Shown here piece by piece: positions 1 through 12,600 of a DNA stretch of 64,000 nucleotides. The first letter of the stretch is position 1. Every line of letters starts with the position of its first letter. Source of the stretch: Psammoneis japonica (Eukaryota); NCBI GenBank assembly GCA_008632985.1, contig QPGO01000178.1, positions 62,001-126,000 on the forward strand, written 5' to 3'. The notes beneath the pieces were generated by a model. The model had not been told where the DNA came from. It made no database searches and saw nothing but the letters and a program-made list of their open reading frames with translations. The translations under genes were made by a program, and so were the position numbers.

Positions 1-1
1 T

Positions 2-643
2 GTCAAGGCAAGGAAGAAACCAAGTACGTCAGCTGGTGGCTTCAGGGCGCTGAAATCTTATGGCGTCGGTAGTACTAACGACGGTTCTGCGCGAGCTAGG
101 GAACGAGACATTGAGCAAGCGTCCATTCCAATAGACGATCAGCCCGAGATGGACAAGCTTTATGCCATATGGCAGACAAGACAGTGGTCTCCACCATTCG
201 TAGGGCCGGACGATATGATACCTGTCAACGAGTACAACAACGTTGATGTGGCGCTGCTAAATCCAGGTTTGATTCATCTTAGAGAACAGAGAATATCAGT
301 GGTGGCGAAACGCCTCGGAATGTGAGTCTTTCTTGTCTGTCCACAGCAAGGCATTGTTCATTCTCACAGTCTATTTGTCTGTTGTCAATGCAGCCCATAC
401 GCTCCCGCTTTGTTGGGATTCGAAGGACAAGGCGGAAATCGCGTTCCAACAATAAGGGGCATTGTGGTCCATGAACATAACGCAGAGTTACTGCGAGCGG
501 CTCATGCTGAATATCAAAGCGAGGCAATTGAAACTGAGATTGACAAGCGCCAAGAACTGATATACAAGAGATGGAAGAAACTAATTGTTGGAATCCAAAC
601 CAAAGTTCGGTTGGAACGTGAATACGGAAGCAAGGAATCATGA
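2..643 (+). CDS. XPC: DNA repair protein Rad4/XPC, C-terminal part (BHD2/BHD3), 5'-truncated by window edge; intron 322-393
   Basis: Frame from nt 2 reads ...LYAIWQTRQWSPPFVGPDDMIPVNEYNNVDVALLNPGLIHL...AKRLGI; splicing GT322..AG393 joins to PYAPALLGFEGQGGNRVPTIRGIVV...KRWKKLIVGIQTKVRLEREYG, the Rad4/XPC C-terminal motifs. Confidence 0.9.
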
Positions 644-766
644 GAACTCTTGCTCTTTTTTTTTTTGAAGTCGTGAACAATCTGCTGTTGAAAATATATG
701 TTATAAAATACACATGCTATTATTCCCCCCCCCCCCCCCCCGTCATCAAAGGCTCAAGCTTCATTT

Positions 767-1779
767 TCAATCGACGTAAGAAAAGTGAACAGACTCAAGA
801 GTGCCCTTCGTATCCTCGCAATTGTCCGTGATTTCCTTCTTCATCCCTTCTTCCATCCACATTCTGAAATCCTTAGTGCTTTTGTATGCCATCCTGTGCC
901 ACCCTAAAGCTCCAGTCGTACCACCGGAATCATTGTCGTCGGGTCTGCAAAGACTACACTCTGCGATGACCCTCACCTCAACAGCCCACCGGTCTCGCTT
1001 GGGGCTTTTCTTCCTTCGACGAAGCATGCGGTCCCCACTGTTTCCTTGACGTCTTTCCAGTTCTTTGATGGCTTGGTTTGCCCACGCCTCTATTTCATTG
1101 TGTGCCTTTTCATGTTTGGACTTTGCACCCACGACCGTCTCTTCTCTAAGCTTCGTTGCCTCCTGCAACTCCATTTCGAGCACTGTCCCGCCTCCTTTTT
1201 GGTTCTCTCAAAAAGATCTTTCGCCGCAGCTTCTGCACGTTCAAAGTCCTTGGAAGCATTAGCAACGAGCTCGTCCTTATTCGGCTTGCTTGAGGCGCTC
1301 TTCTCTTCGCGCACAAGATCGTCAACTGCTTTCTTGAGCGCTTTCTCAAGAAAAGCTTCTGCCTTGCGAAGTGCATTCTCGAAATTTCTCTTCAATGTTG
1401 ATTCCGTAGCCTTAAAGACTTTATCCGCATCTATTTCAGTGGTTTCCAACTCTTTCTTGAGTGCGTTCTGTTCTTGTTCCTTGATCTTCTCGACGGACTC
1501 GACGCTCGTAACTTTGCCCCATTTGGTATCAGGAGGGTATCCCTTCACTTCCACCAAATAGCTCTGTGCGATATCAGCCATTTTATGCTGAATAGTCTTC
1601 TCTAGACAATGTTGATGGGTGGGTGGATGTTCGCTTTCTTTGAACACAATTTCAAAGAGGTATTGGTCAGTGTTCAGTTTTCTGTTCCACTGGGCGGTTT
1701 CGCTGACTCGACGCAGCCCATTGTCTCTGGCCATTGCAGTGCCGACGAAAGCAAGTAACACGATCGATTGAGGAATCAT
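767..1779 (-). CDS. Secreted Lys/Glu/Ala-rich coiled-coil protein (one frameshift near 1185)
   Basis: Signal peptide MIPQSIVLLAFVGTAMA, RKL motif, heptad-like K/E/A composition continuing from ORF 1090..1827 into ORF 767..1183. Confidence 0.55.
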
Positions 1780-2109
1780 ATGGCTAGAAAAGTATTTCGT
1801 GTCTTCCTTGTCGTTGACTCTGCACAAATAATAAACTACAGTGCAAAAAAAAATGAGAGGGTTCCGTCACTACGTTACTTGGTTCTACGGAGTTTTTCGT
1901 CATGAAAGGGCTTAAGTGTTGATGACACCAAAGACATCCGAAGGCATAGTCGTAGAGTACAACTAACTCCACACATGGTCGTAGAAAGACTCGAGGTCAT
2001 TTTCAATCGTCATCATCTCACATACATGGACAACGTGGATTCACGGCGAATTCGACAAAGAAGAATTCTTTTCTTCTTTTAGACTCTTTATAAGTGACAC
2101 TTCACGCTT

Positions 2110-3300
2110 ACAGTACAGTGCGACGCACCGGGACTAACGGAAGGCATAAATAAATACTGTAATGTCCGACTGCACTTGATGAACACGCAACGCCACCTCA
2201 GATGTCTTTTTGTGCCTTCGTCTCATAAATAATAATGTGCTTGTTGGGAATGACTGGTGGTGGCAATGTCCCTTGTTTTTTGAACACACTGCCTGTGTTG
2301 AGTGTGGCAGCGGCTGGGAGACAGGGGCTGTGTCGTGCGAGGAAGGGTGCAACACACGAGGCTCACACATGCCATTTGAAGTTGGGGGGGGGGNNNGGGG
2401 GGGGGCAGAGTGCAGCAAGTCAGCTCCCTCTCCTGCCAGCTGCAAAAGATTTGAGAGAGCACTGCACATCGGTGGCGCACTGCTCCGAGCCCGCCTCTCC
2501 TTTTCATTCAGCCAGAGAGTTGCTGCTGGTGCTTCCCCGCACTCACAGCTCCTTCCATTTTCAGCTCCCTCCATTTGAAGTGCAAGATGCTTCAAGCACC
2601 CAGAGGTTGCCATGTTTTGCCCCTCAAAAAAGAGCAGAAAATGAGAACAAAAACAGGCTGAGTGTTCAAGATGCTGCTGCGAGGTCAGCCGATGGCACAT
2701 CTCCAAGAGCAAAAAGCTTGTCCTCCAAACAAGAGCTTCAAAGCAACTGGCTGTAAACACAACAAAGTCAAGCAGACCACTGTGTTGCTGAGCTCCAAAG
2801 CATCAAAAACAAGCACCAGCTGTGAATGAGACAGCAAAAAAAGCAACAACACACCCACACAAAAAAACCCAAGCAGGAGTGCTGGCAGAGAAAAAGAAAG
2901 AGAGAGAGAGCAAGAGTGGAGAAGTGCCCAACAAGACAAAAAAGACAAGAAAAAAATCACCAAGAGTGCAGAATCCGTTGAGGTGTGAACAGCTTCATTT
3001 GCCGCTGAGAGCTCTCAACAACAACGACAAAGGAAAAGAGGCGAGAACCTGGCATCTGGGATGGCAGGGGCAGGGAAGGGAAGAACACTTGTCCGATGCT
3101 CCTCAGTTTTGCCAACCACGTGTCGAGAGAAGAGCACTCTTTTGCTTCCTTGTGGGCTCAAGTGTTTTCAATTTTGAGCCCACTTCCCACTGCATGCAAG
3201 AGTTTTTTGAGATTTGTTGGGCGGGTGTCAAAACGTTGCCTCACGTTCGAGCGATCGATCGGTGGTGCGTGCGTGACGGAAAAAAATGTTTGATTCTATT
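2110..3300. mobile_element. Degenerate TpA-depleted repeat; family unassigned (left end TA|CAGTACAG resembles Tc1/mariner-type terminus)
   Basis: About one TpA between 2240 and 3290, strong TG/CA excess; TACAGTACAG at 2110 also occurs as reverse complement at 49883-49892. Confidence 0.55.
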
Positions 3301-3529
3301 CAACATATATTCAATGCTGAATTTATAATAAGCACTAAGAATTAACGCTCAAGCCAAATGACGACACAACTGATCTAATTGAATGAATAATGAACATGAA
3401 TTCAACGGCCGAATGGCCCGTACAAAACGGAGGGGTCGGTGGGATATAAAATAACATAAGAGTATGAATAACACATAAAATTCAACGCTTTCACCATGTC
3501 GGCGAGATTTTTGTACTACCTACAGCGCG

Positions 3530-4518
3530 GTGTATGTATCGTCGTCGTCCACCATGATGATTGCCGCGTTTGTATTGTTGTTCTTGTCATCGTCGCCGCT
3601 TGTGACAAGCAATAGTCTTCCTTTACCACGTAGGTTAGAAGAGAATGGCGGCAATGGCAATGTAAATTACAGCTTACGACACGGTCCATGCGTTCGAATG
3701 AAGGTGGCTCAGGACAATGACGACGACGGCAATGTGTACTTTTACAACGGAGCCTACCGTGCACAATACGAACGATTCGTATCGTTTTTTCTATGCGACG
3801 ATAATGGTGATGATTGTAATAGTATGTATGTGTCTGATATGGAAAGTTATCTAGAAACCATGTCGGATTACATTAAGAATTACTGCGGTGCGTGTGCGAA
3901 TCAGTGCCGAAGACGTCTCGAAGATGAAGAAGAGGCAGAAGAAGAGGCTGCTGCTTATGACGACGGTGTAGACTGCGATACATGTACCAACGACTGTTCT
4001 CCGTACTTGCAAAGCAACGGCGGCACAGACGAGACGGAGTATCTCGACTGTCAGGCAGCCTTTGATGACGGAGACGTGGCGTACTACTCGGCTCCCCAAT
4101 GCGATGACGGTAAAATCAGCATTGGCCTCTACTACGATGAAGACTGCAGCATCAAGAGTCAACAGGAATTGAGAATGGCTTTTCCTACGCCACCTTTTCT
4201 ACCATGGAACAGATCCATATCGATTGTTCCACTGGAGCTTGTGATGATTTCATTGGGAACGCTGTGGACTGCGATGATGATGATGCCAATGGCGGTGATG
4301 ACTACAAGCTGTGCAAGGCGGCAGAGAAGGCCACAAGAACCGTAACTTACTACAAGAAGCCGTGGTACAAGAAAATTCATGCCAAGGGAATATTCCTTTT
4401 CCTTCTCATGATTGTTGTGGTCTTTGGCTTTCTTTCGTACAGCTACTTTGTTCGTCACAAGCAGCAACCAAAGATCCCGCTGGCGGAACTTGATCACGAT
4501 CTTCCAGAAATATCCTAG
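3530..4518 (+). CDS. Silicanin-like type I membrane protein (1-nt frameshift near 4160)
   Basis: Signal peptide, two RRL motifs, acidic Cys-patterned lumenal domain (FVSFFLC, YVSDMESYL, YCGACANQC, YYSAPQCDDGKISIGLYYDEDC), single C-terminal TM helix and short cytosolic tail. Confidence 0.7.
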
Positions 4519-4743
4519 GTGCTTGTGCCTATGCATGAGTTAAGCGCTTCAAGAGCCATAACGTTAAGATGTTCAATATATCCGTGCTAATGTTTATTCT
4601 AATTTGTACCTAGTCGAAGCTTATGTTCTCATATATGGTTCTAGTTTTTACAGTATGCTCTCCTTTGCTACTACTCTTCTTTAGATCCACTTGAGTAAAA
4701 GATAATATGCTTTATGCCTTTAAATGGTTAATCAATAATCAGT

Positions 4744-5453
4744 CTAATCGCGTATATAAGTTATGGCATATATTAAGCTTGGGTTGCTCTCCTGGTTGCT
4801 CTCTTCAACTACTGCTTCTTCTTCCTCCTCATCTTCCTGCTCCTTCTTACCGCCTGCAAAGAGCTCCTTCATGGTCAGCTGCGTATCCTCCTTCATTCCT
4901 TCCTGATCTTCTCCCCTACTAAAGTCACGCACCGCATAGGATGCTTCTTGGAACCAATTCCCAACGACATCCATCACTTGGTGAACCGGTTTGGGGGTTC
5001 ACCCACAAGGCTGTGAACGCTCTCACCCACCGACATGAGGACACCGTGAACCGACTCGGTATAACCACAGTCACTGGGACCACCCTCATCCCATTCCTTA
5101 CGACCCTCCAATTCACCATCCTCGTGCTCTTCGTCTGACTCCACGCCGTCATCGTGGTGATGATGATCGTCGTTCTCCTCCTCGTCGTGCGGTATCGAGC
5201 GTGGGTTCGTTGTTGCTACTAGTGCTACTACTCGGTTCCGGTCTTTTCTGTAGTAGTCGGGCGCCGGTTTAGGTAAAATTTGAGGATCCGCCGTCTCTTC
5301 CGTCATTGTTGGGTCCTCCTCCCCAGATCCTTTTGACTCTTCTTCTTCCTGAACAATCCCATGGTGCGGTTTGCTGCTGTCTTTTTTTCGTTTTTTTTGT
5401 TGCGAGAGTGCTCCTTCCGTCCAAAGCGCTTCGATCGTGGCGAATAAAATCAT
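4744..5453 (-). CDS. Hypothetical acidic low-complexity protein (frameshift near 4980)
   Basis: Consecutive ORFs 4974..5453 and 4744..4977 with matching D/E-rich composition. Confidence 0.45.
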
Positions 5454-5890
5454 CCATTCTCAAATACCTATTTAAGTGTGAACGGATTTTTCATTGGAAA
5501 AACTTTATTATTTTCATTCGCGCCTGAGCATTGATGAATTGTACAAAATATCCTAGTGCAAGTTAAAATATCATACTAATTTATTCAAAAGTAATTATAA
5601 AATATTACATTGGGCGATCCTAACTATCGCATTATCATAACATATTTCCATATACAATTTGTAGAAAAGTATATTCGTCAAAAGCAACACCGGTTGGGCG
5701 GACGGACGGACAGAGGTGGGGAGTTGACGGTTGGCGGTCGGACGGAAGTCGGCGCGATGAAAAGATCTTGTTACTTCTATTTTGTTTTATTGCATGCGGG
5801 ATGTGAGTTGACAGAGTTGACATCAATGTGAGCTCGGTACATCCGCGTTGATGTGAGTCAGTGTTGAGAAAGTTGTTGGTCTTTACGAAA

Positions 5891-7560
5891 ATGACAGTGC
5901 TGTCTAGAAGCTGTCGACGAGTTGTTTCAAGAGTGACCGTGTCGAGTCAACCATGTCGGGTGGTCAGAAACAACAACAAGAGCGCAAAGATCAACAGCGT
6001 TTATCATCGTTTGTTTTCTTCGGCTGGCGGCATGGTGTTTCCAACTGACGATGGAGCAGGTCAGCCTTCCCTGTTGGGTAATCATTCTCCTGGCTTTGGA
6101 GGAGTTCACGACGTCGGTGGCTTGGAGGACTTGATGGGTGTCAAGGTGGACATGAGCGATCCGGCACTCTTGCCGTGGGAACAAACCACGCACGCCTTGC
6201 TCGTAGTGTTAGTGGGAAAGGGCTACTTGACAACGGACGAGTTGAGAAGGCACATTGAGAGTATGGAGAAACGTCATTATGAGTTGCGCTCGTATTATTG
6301 CAAATGGGCCACGGCCATGGCGTTGGGTTTGTTGGAACGAAATGTCTTGACACACTCGGATCTTGACGCCGAGCTACTAGGGAGAACGGACGATAATTCT
6401 TTTAGTAGTAAGCCGCTGTTTTCCCCGGGACAACGGATCAAGGTCAAACAAGAAAATGTAATGAGCCGATGGAGAAAGCCTCATCTTCGAACGCCGGGCT
6501 ATATTTTTGGTGTGGAAGGCGTAGTAACTTCGTATGAAGGATCTTTTGCAGACCCATCGTATCGAGCCTTTCGGAGCCTCTTGAAGAAAAACGAAAAGAG
6601 TGAAGCGGACCAAGAACGGAAGCAGCACTTGTACCGTGTCGAGTTTGAACAGAAAACTATATGGCCCGAGGGCAAGACACTGGATCGTGCATTCCAAGAG
6701 CATGATACAGTATCTGTAGAGATATATGAACCATGGCTAGTTAAAGCAGATGCTGAATCGCAATCATGGGAGATGGATCCAGCCTGCGTTGTGGAAAGCG
6801 CAGACACCGATATGGATCATTGTGAGGAACATCATCATGACCATGATCACGAGCACCAATCACGTGCAGACATTGAACAGAAAGCTGTGGATCTTGAAAC
6901 ATCGTTGCAAACGCTTGACGAGAATGCTCCAAACGACATTGTCGGCGAAAGGCTCTCGGCTGCACTTGTATCTCTTTTATCCCGTCATGAGGGATTGGGA
7001 ACTTCGTTACTTTCGGACATTCGAACCGTCATTGACGCCAATGAGTCTGCACGAGTCCGATGCGACGGTGCCAGGCTTGTGGCACGTGCATGGGCCGATC
7101 CAGACGGCTTTTCGAAGCGATTGTTGGAGGACAGCGCCGCAGCGGCAGCCGAGTTGGGCATTAGCACCACCAACTCGACTACGCATACCAAACTCAAAGT
7201 GGTTCAATCCATTGCTCCTACTGCAACTTCCAAGGGTGTGCACAATCTTATTACATGTACTCTTTGCAGTTGCTACCCTTTATCCCTTCTCGGCCTGTCT
7301 CCCAAGTGGTACAATCGAGATCTTTTCGAGCACGAGCCGTGAGGGAGCCTAGAGCCATGCTGCGGGATTCGTTTGGTTTGAATCTTGATCCAGATGAGTG
7401 GTTTATAAAGGTTCACGACAGCACGGCAGATTTGAGATATCTCGTTCTTCCTCCAAACCGCAGGAACCGAGGGAATGTCCGAGGAGGAGCTTTTCCTCTG
7501 GCCACCAGAGACACCATGATTGGCGTTGCCTTGCCAAGGAATATGAAGGGTAATAGATAG
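5891..7560 (+). CDS. Fused beta-alpha cobalt-type nitrile hydratase with His-rich linker and probable mitochondrial presequence (homopolymer frameshifts near 7312 and 7455-7495)
   Basis: Beta subunit motifs GVHDVGG, PHLRTPGYIFG, QHLYRVEF, VEIYEPWL; linker HCEEHHHDHDHEH; alpha motifs GARLVARAWADP, CTLCSCYP, RARAVREPR, VHDSTADLRYLVLP, TRDTMIGVA. Confidence 0.93.
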
Positions 7561-7603
7561 GCTCTCTTTACTGTAGAGTAGATGTGCAACTCGTTAACTT
7601 AAT

Positions 7604-9038
7604 TTATAATTTATAACCAAGACCTGCACTCTGGAATATTGCATATTGTAGAAGTGACATGATACCAGCAAAAGGGGAGGGATGAATGTATGGAGGAAGC
7701 AGTCGCATTTTCTCGTGTGCTAATCCATAATCAATGCTGCACCACTTCATACTTGCTGCCTCCATCACGGGACAACCGGTGTATTCCGAGACTCCATTGT
7801 CCGTGGTTGACGTTTCCGGATCCATGTAACTCACAAAGACAGCATCTCCCTTTTTGGGCTTGATGTGAATACCGGCATTATGGAAAATGGTGGATCCACC
7901 CTTATCGGCCACGTTGCAGTACAAAATCATGGACGCCACGCGGTTGCCGGATTCAAACGGAGAACCGTCACAGGGACCATCGCAATGAGGTTTGCGTTGG
8001 TGGTCTTCTGTCTCATAGGAAATGGCTACCAATTGCGGCTCTGCTTCAGAAACTTCTTCCATGGCTTCTTCTGCATACGCCACGATTCGTTGTTGAATGG
8101 CGGTAAAGAAGGACTTGTTCTTCATGGGTACTGGACCACGCTTGCCAATAAGACCCTTTTCTTCCGACACGTCTTCTAGAGTCGTTTCCGTTTGAATCGC
8201 ATCGCATTCGGCGTCGGTAACAAAGTTTTCCAACAAGTGAATTTTCGCCCTCGGGTGGTCGTGAAGGACCCTGACTGGATAATTCAGTCTCGATGCAAAA
8301 AGGTACTGTTTTGGATGGAATCCGTCGTGTTGAGCGAAACATCCGCGCAGGCATAGACGGCGAGATGCGATCCGAGTTTGGTGCGAATGCCGCGTTGAAA
8401 GTCGATTTCTTCCTGAGACTTTTCAATAGCTTCGTCTAGACCCGAATTGACGCATTCAAACAAATTCTGCATGGTTTCTTCTCCATGGACGCCGTCCGCT
8501 GTAACTTTGGCCTTGCACTCCTGAAGCAATTCCTTGGCTTGATCGCGAGCAATCGATTTGTTGTCCTTGTGTTCAATGACCATATCCTTCAGGACGGTAA
8601 CGACTGGGCAAAAGAGAGTTGTACAAGTTTATAAATCGTCAGAGTTCAGCATATCATCCATACGACGGACATAAGTTCTACTAAGCATGCGTACATACCT
8701 TGACCCTCATTATCGTTGACTTGAAAAATAGCCGTCCGACACATTCCATCCTCTCCACCGCAGACTCCCGTCTTGGAATGAGGAACTTCCTGAATTTCGA
8801 ATTCATGCGTCGCATAGCTATTGATGGACATGTCTGCTCCAAACAAAACGGGCTCCTGATTGTTAATAACCAATTCGTTGTGATTCCAACGGTTGATCCA
8901 GTACACATTGATGCGATGACCCGATTGATTGAGGATTTGAATGTTGCGTTCACTGCCTGAAGCATGTGAATTCTGAAACAAACTCGTTGTCAATAGTATG
9001 GATAATAGTGCTAGTCTTGTCATTGTTGTCCTTGTCAT
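7604..9038 (-). CDS. Secreted prolyl 4-hydroxylase-like 2OG-Fe(II) oxygenase (intron near 8606-8699; frameshifts)
   Basis: Signal peptide; LLENFVTDAECDAI, PHCDG, RVASMILYC, GGSTIF, IKPKKGDAVF, GCPV motifs. Confidence 0.75.
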
Positions 9039-9350
9039 GAGTAAAGGGCGGCGCAGCGACGGCATTTGCAATCCAGAGGTTCGCATTGTGATTCCAGATT
9101 TTTTTCAGTTGAAAGTTCGTCCGTCGTCGTCCGTTGGACGAACTCTTTCTAAGAGATTTTACATGTCGGGAGCTCGTCAGTCGTGTAAAATAAGCTCTGT
9201 ACGTACAGTTGGTACAAAATTCTACGTGAGATACCGTTGAAGGGCATTCGTGATTGAAAAGATCTTCCTGTTGGCGGCAGAGGTACGACTGTGAGTTTGC
9301 TCATTCAGCTGCATCAATCACAACAACACGTAAACAACAGCAACACCATC

Positions 9351-11652
9351 ATGTCTTCAGGAATTGGTCATTACTTGGGTGACAATGCCTTTCAAGTCAT
9401 TCGTCAGAAGCCGAACGAAAGTTACGAGAAAAGTATCCTCTCGTGTTGCATCCCAACGAACACGTCGAGCTTGCCTTTACAGGACGGGCGGAGCGGGTCG
9501 GGACAAGTCCTTTCTCACGTCGCATCGTATTCTCATCAAGGATGGCAAGGGCATTGGTAGTAAGCGGCGAAATTACTTGAGTGTCCCCTACAAGTCCATC
9601 AAGGCCTTTTCGATTGAAACCGCCGGACAAGTTTTGGATGGTGATGTGGAATTGCACGTGTGGGCAGCCGGATACGAAACGGTCAAGATTGATTTTGCAA
9701 AGGGACATGTTGATATTTTTGCGATTCAACAATTTCTGAATTCCAAAATTGATTGGGCGTATGACTTGGGAACTCAAGACTTTGTACAAGGATATCCTCC
9801 GCCGGCTACTACTGATGACAAGAAGAAGCAGAGTAAGCTGGGTGATCTCGTGGATTGGTTTGGAGACAATGCTCGACAGCTCATTCCAAACGAGGTGGAA
9901 TCCAGACTCAAAAACGAGAGTCCCATTTTGCTTGAAAATGAAACAGTCGAAATGGCATTCAAGGCGGGCAGAGACTCGCACGTCTTTACCGATAAGCGCC
10001 TTTTGGTGATTGATGTTCAGGGATTTTCTGGGAAAAGGGTGGAATTCTTGTCGGTAACGTGGAGGTGCATAAGTGGGTTCTCCGTCGAGACGGCTGGCGC
10101 TTATTTTGATCGTGACACGGACATGAAGATTCATACCAACATTCCGAGCAAACCAACCATCCGTCAAGACTTTCGCAGAACCCGAGCGGATATCATTGGA
10201 ATTCAAAAGTACTTGTGCAATCGTGTGCTGGGACAAGACAAGGCCGATATTCCAAACGTTAATCGTCTCCAAGGGCACGAGGACCCCAAGACGAGCTGGT
10301 GGTTTCGAGACAATCAGCGTCCGCTGGATGCGGTGGAAATGGATCGCTACTACCACACGAACATACCGATCCTTCAGGGAAGTGAGAGGGTTGAGTTTGC
10401 ATTCAAGGGTCGGAGGGATATTACGCTCTTAACGACAAAGCGATTGATTGATATTGATCCAAAAGGGTGGAAGGGGGTCAAGATCGAGTACACCAGTGTC
10501 CCTTGGAAGCGGGTGTTGGGATTTGGAGTCAAAACGGCCGGAAAGCACATGGACACTGACGCAGAAGTCAGAGTTTGGACCGACATGATGTACATTCCAG
10601 GGAACGAGGACACCCCCGACCATCCCGGCATGTCGTTTATAGAGCTTGATTTCAACAAGAATTTGGTTGACGTGATGGTTCTTAAAAAGTATCTTTCCAT
10701 GAGGCTTCTAACAAAGGCTCCAGATGTTGCCATTTTGCCGAATGCCATCATGACGTCGCCGGATGAACAAGGCTTTGAAAAGTTCTTGTCGAGAATTGGC
10801 TCGGACCAGCGTGCTATTGACCCCGCCGAACTCAATCGAGAGCTCCACACAACCAACCCGATCCTTGTCGACGATGAGAATATCGTCATGGCTTTCAAAG
10901 CAGGCCGTGACATTACCATTTTTACAAATCTACGCGTAATGGAAATGGATGTAAAAGGTTGGTCGGGACAAAAGATTGCTTACACTTCAATCCCATATAC
11001 TAGCATTCGTGGCTTTTCGGCAGAATCTGCTGGAGGATGGGACAGAGATTCCGAGGTTGACATTTATACTCGAAATTTGTGGGATTTGAGAAAGTTCGCC
11101 ATGGACTTTCGCAAAGGCAAGGCAGATATCATTGTAATCCAGAAATTCTTGTCTGCCATTGTCATGGGAAACCACCAAGATGCCGCAAGGTACTTTAGTA
11201 GCACGGCATCTCCCATTGAAACAACCAATCCGGCTGGCCTCAATAGTTTCCTTGCCTGGCTTTCCGACAACTCGGAGGAAGACAATGCCGAGCTCATCAA
11301 CGCTCAGCTTCATAGCGACCCAAACATTCTCTTGGAAGATGAAGACGTGGACCGGGCGTTTCGTCAGGGACGCGACATGTATGTCTATACGACGCATCGT
11401 GTTCTCGTGATTGACGTGCAAGGCCTACGGGGTAAGAAAGTGGAATACAAGTCGATTCCACTCAAATGGTGCGTCGCGTTTGAGATCGAGACGGCAGGAC
11501 ACTTGGATCGTGATGCGGAGGTATACATTCACACTGCCGTTCCCAACGAGACTAAGATCAAGCAGAGCATCTTGGTGAAAAAAAGTGATATATATGAGAT
11601 GCACCAGTTTTGGAGCGACCTGATTCTCTTTCGCGATTTTACTCCCGAATGA
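9351..11652 (+). CDS. Protein with five tandem bacterial PH (bPH_1/DUF1696-type) domains (5' end frameshifted)
   Basis: Five copies of xRDxxxxTxxRxxxxDxxGxxGxK/RxxY/FxSxxY/W/LxxxxxFxxE/KT/SAG...D(x)D(x)E/D. Confidence 0.85.
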
Positions 11653-11799
11653 ACCATGGAATCGTTAGGCCTAGTAGCTTGTAAATCGAATAGCGGGGTG
11701 TATCCTCTTTCTCGTTCACATCCAGCTGGCGAGAGTATATCGGGGCTCGTGCTAACTCTTTCCAAACCGAAAATACGTGTACCGGTAGCTATTGATAGC

Positions 11800-12360
11800 T
11801 TGCAATCCTCCTTAGAACAATTACGAAACAGCTGGGTATCTCCGTGGGCGTAACGGTACCGACTTGGAAACCATCGCTTCTTGCAAATTCGTCCCATTCG
11901 GAAAATTGTTCGTGCGCCTTCACGTCCCACTACCAACATGAGCGCGTCTGCTAGAAACGCTTATTTGCTTCTTGCGCCTTTGCCTGGTTTCTGCATTTTC
12001 TCAGGAACGGCTTCTCCAATAATAAGTACTTGTAGTCCATCCTCTGGCAGCGCCGCATGGCATGTCTGTTCGTCTCGAGTACCGCACATCCCAATCGCAT
12101 AGGACTATGTGCTTCAAAGATGATATCGCAGGCTGGAATCGTTGACGGGTCCCCCGAACCAAAGCGGACACTGGTTTTGTTGGCGGATTCTATGACGAGC
12201 TGGTCAATGACACTTGCGGTAGATCGAGGCAGACGCAGCTCACATTGGCACACTGGCGTGCAACTGCCTGCATGACGAGACCTCGATGACCTCCTTAATC
12301 CACGACTGTCTATTGCCGTTCATAGCCCCCCATTCAAATCCCTGTACACATCAGGCTTCA
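11800..12360 (-). pseudogene. Degenerate duplicate of the 3' half of the O-methyltransferase gene
   Basis: Nucleotide similarity to 14294-14870 with many indels; fragments VIDQLVIESANKTSVRF, DPSTIPACDIIF, MLVVGREGARTI. Confidence 0.9.
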
Positions 12361-12600
12361 ATCTTGAGGTCTTCAATGGAGCACTACCGGTCGTTGTGGC
12401 AATAAAAAAAAGAAGTAGAATCAGCATGTATATTGTGCAATCTTCTAATATAGTAGGAGTAGGTTGAATAGCCGACACTGTATGCGGCCAACCTGTCGTC
12501 GAAGCTCGAATCATCTTCTTATACATGATCGTCATCACTCACACTGTCGTAGGTTCCGTTTTACTCCATCGGAGGGACATCATTCAAATCATCGCTGTCT

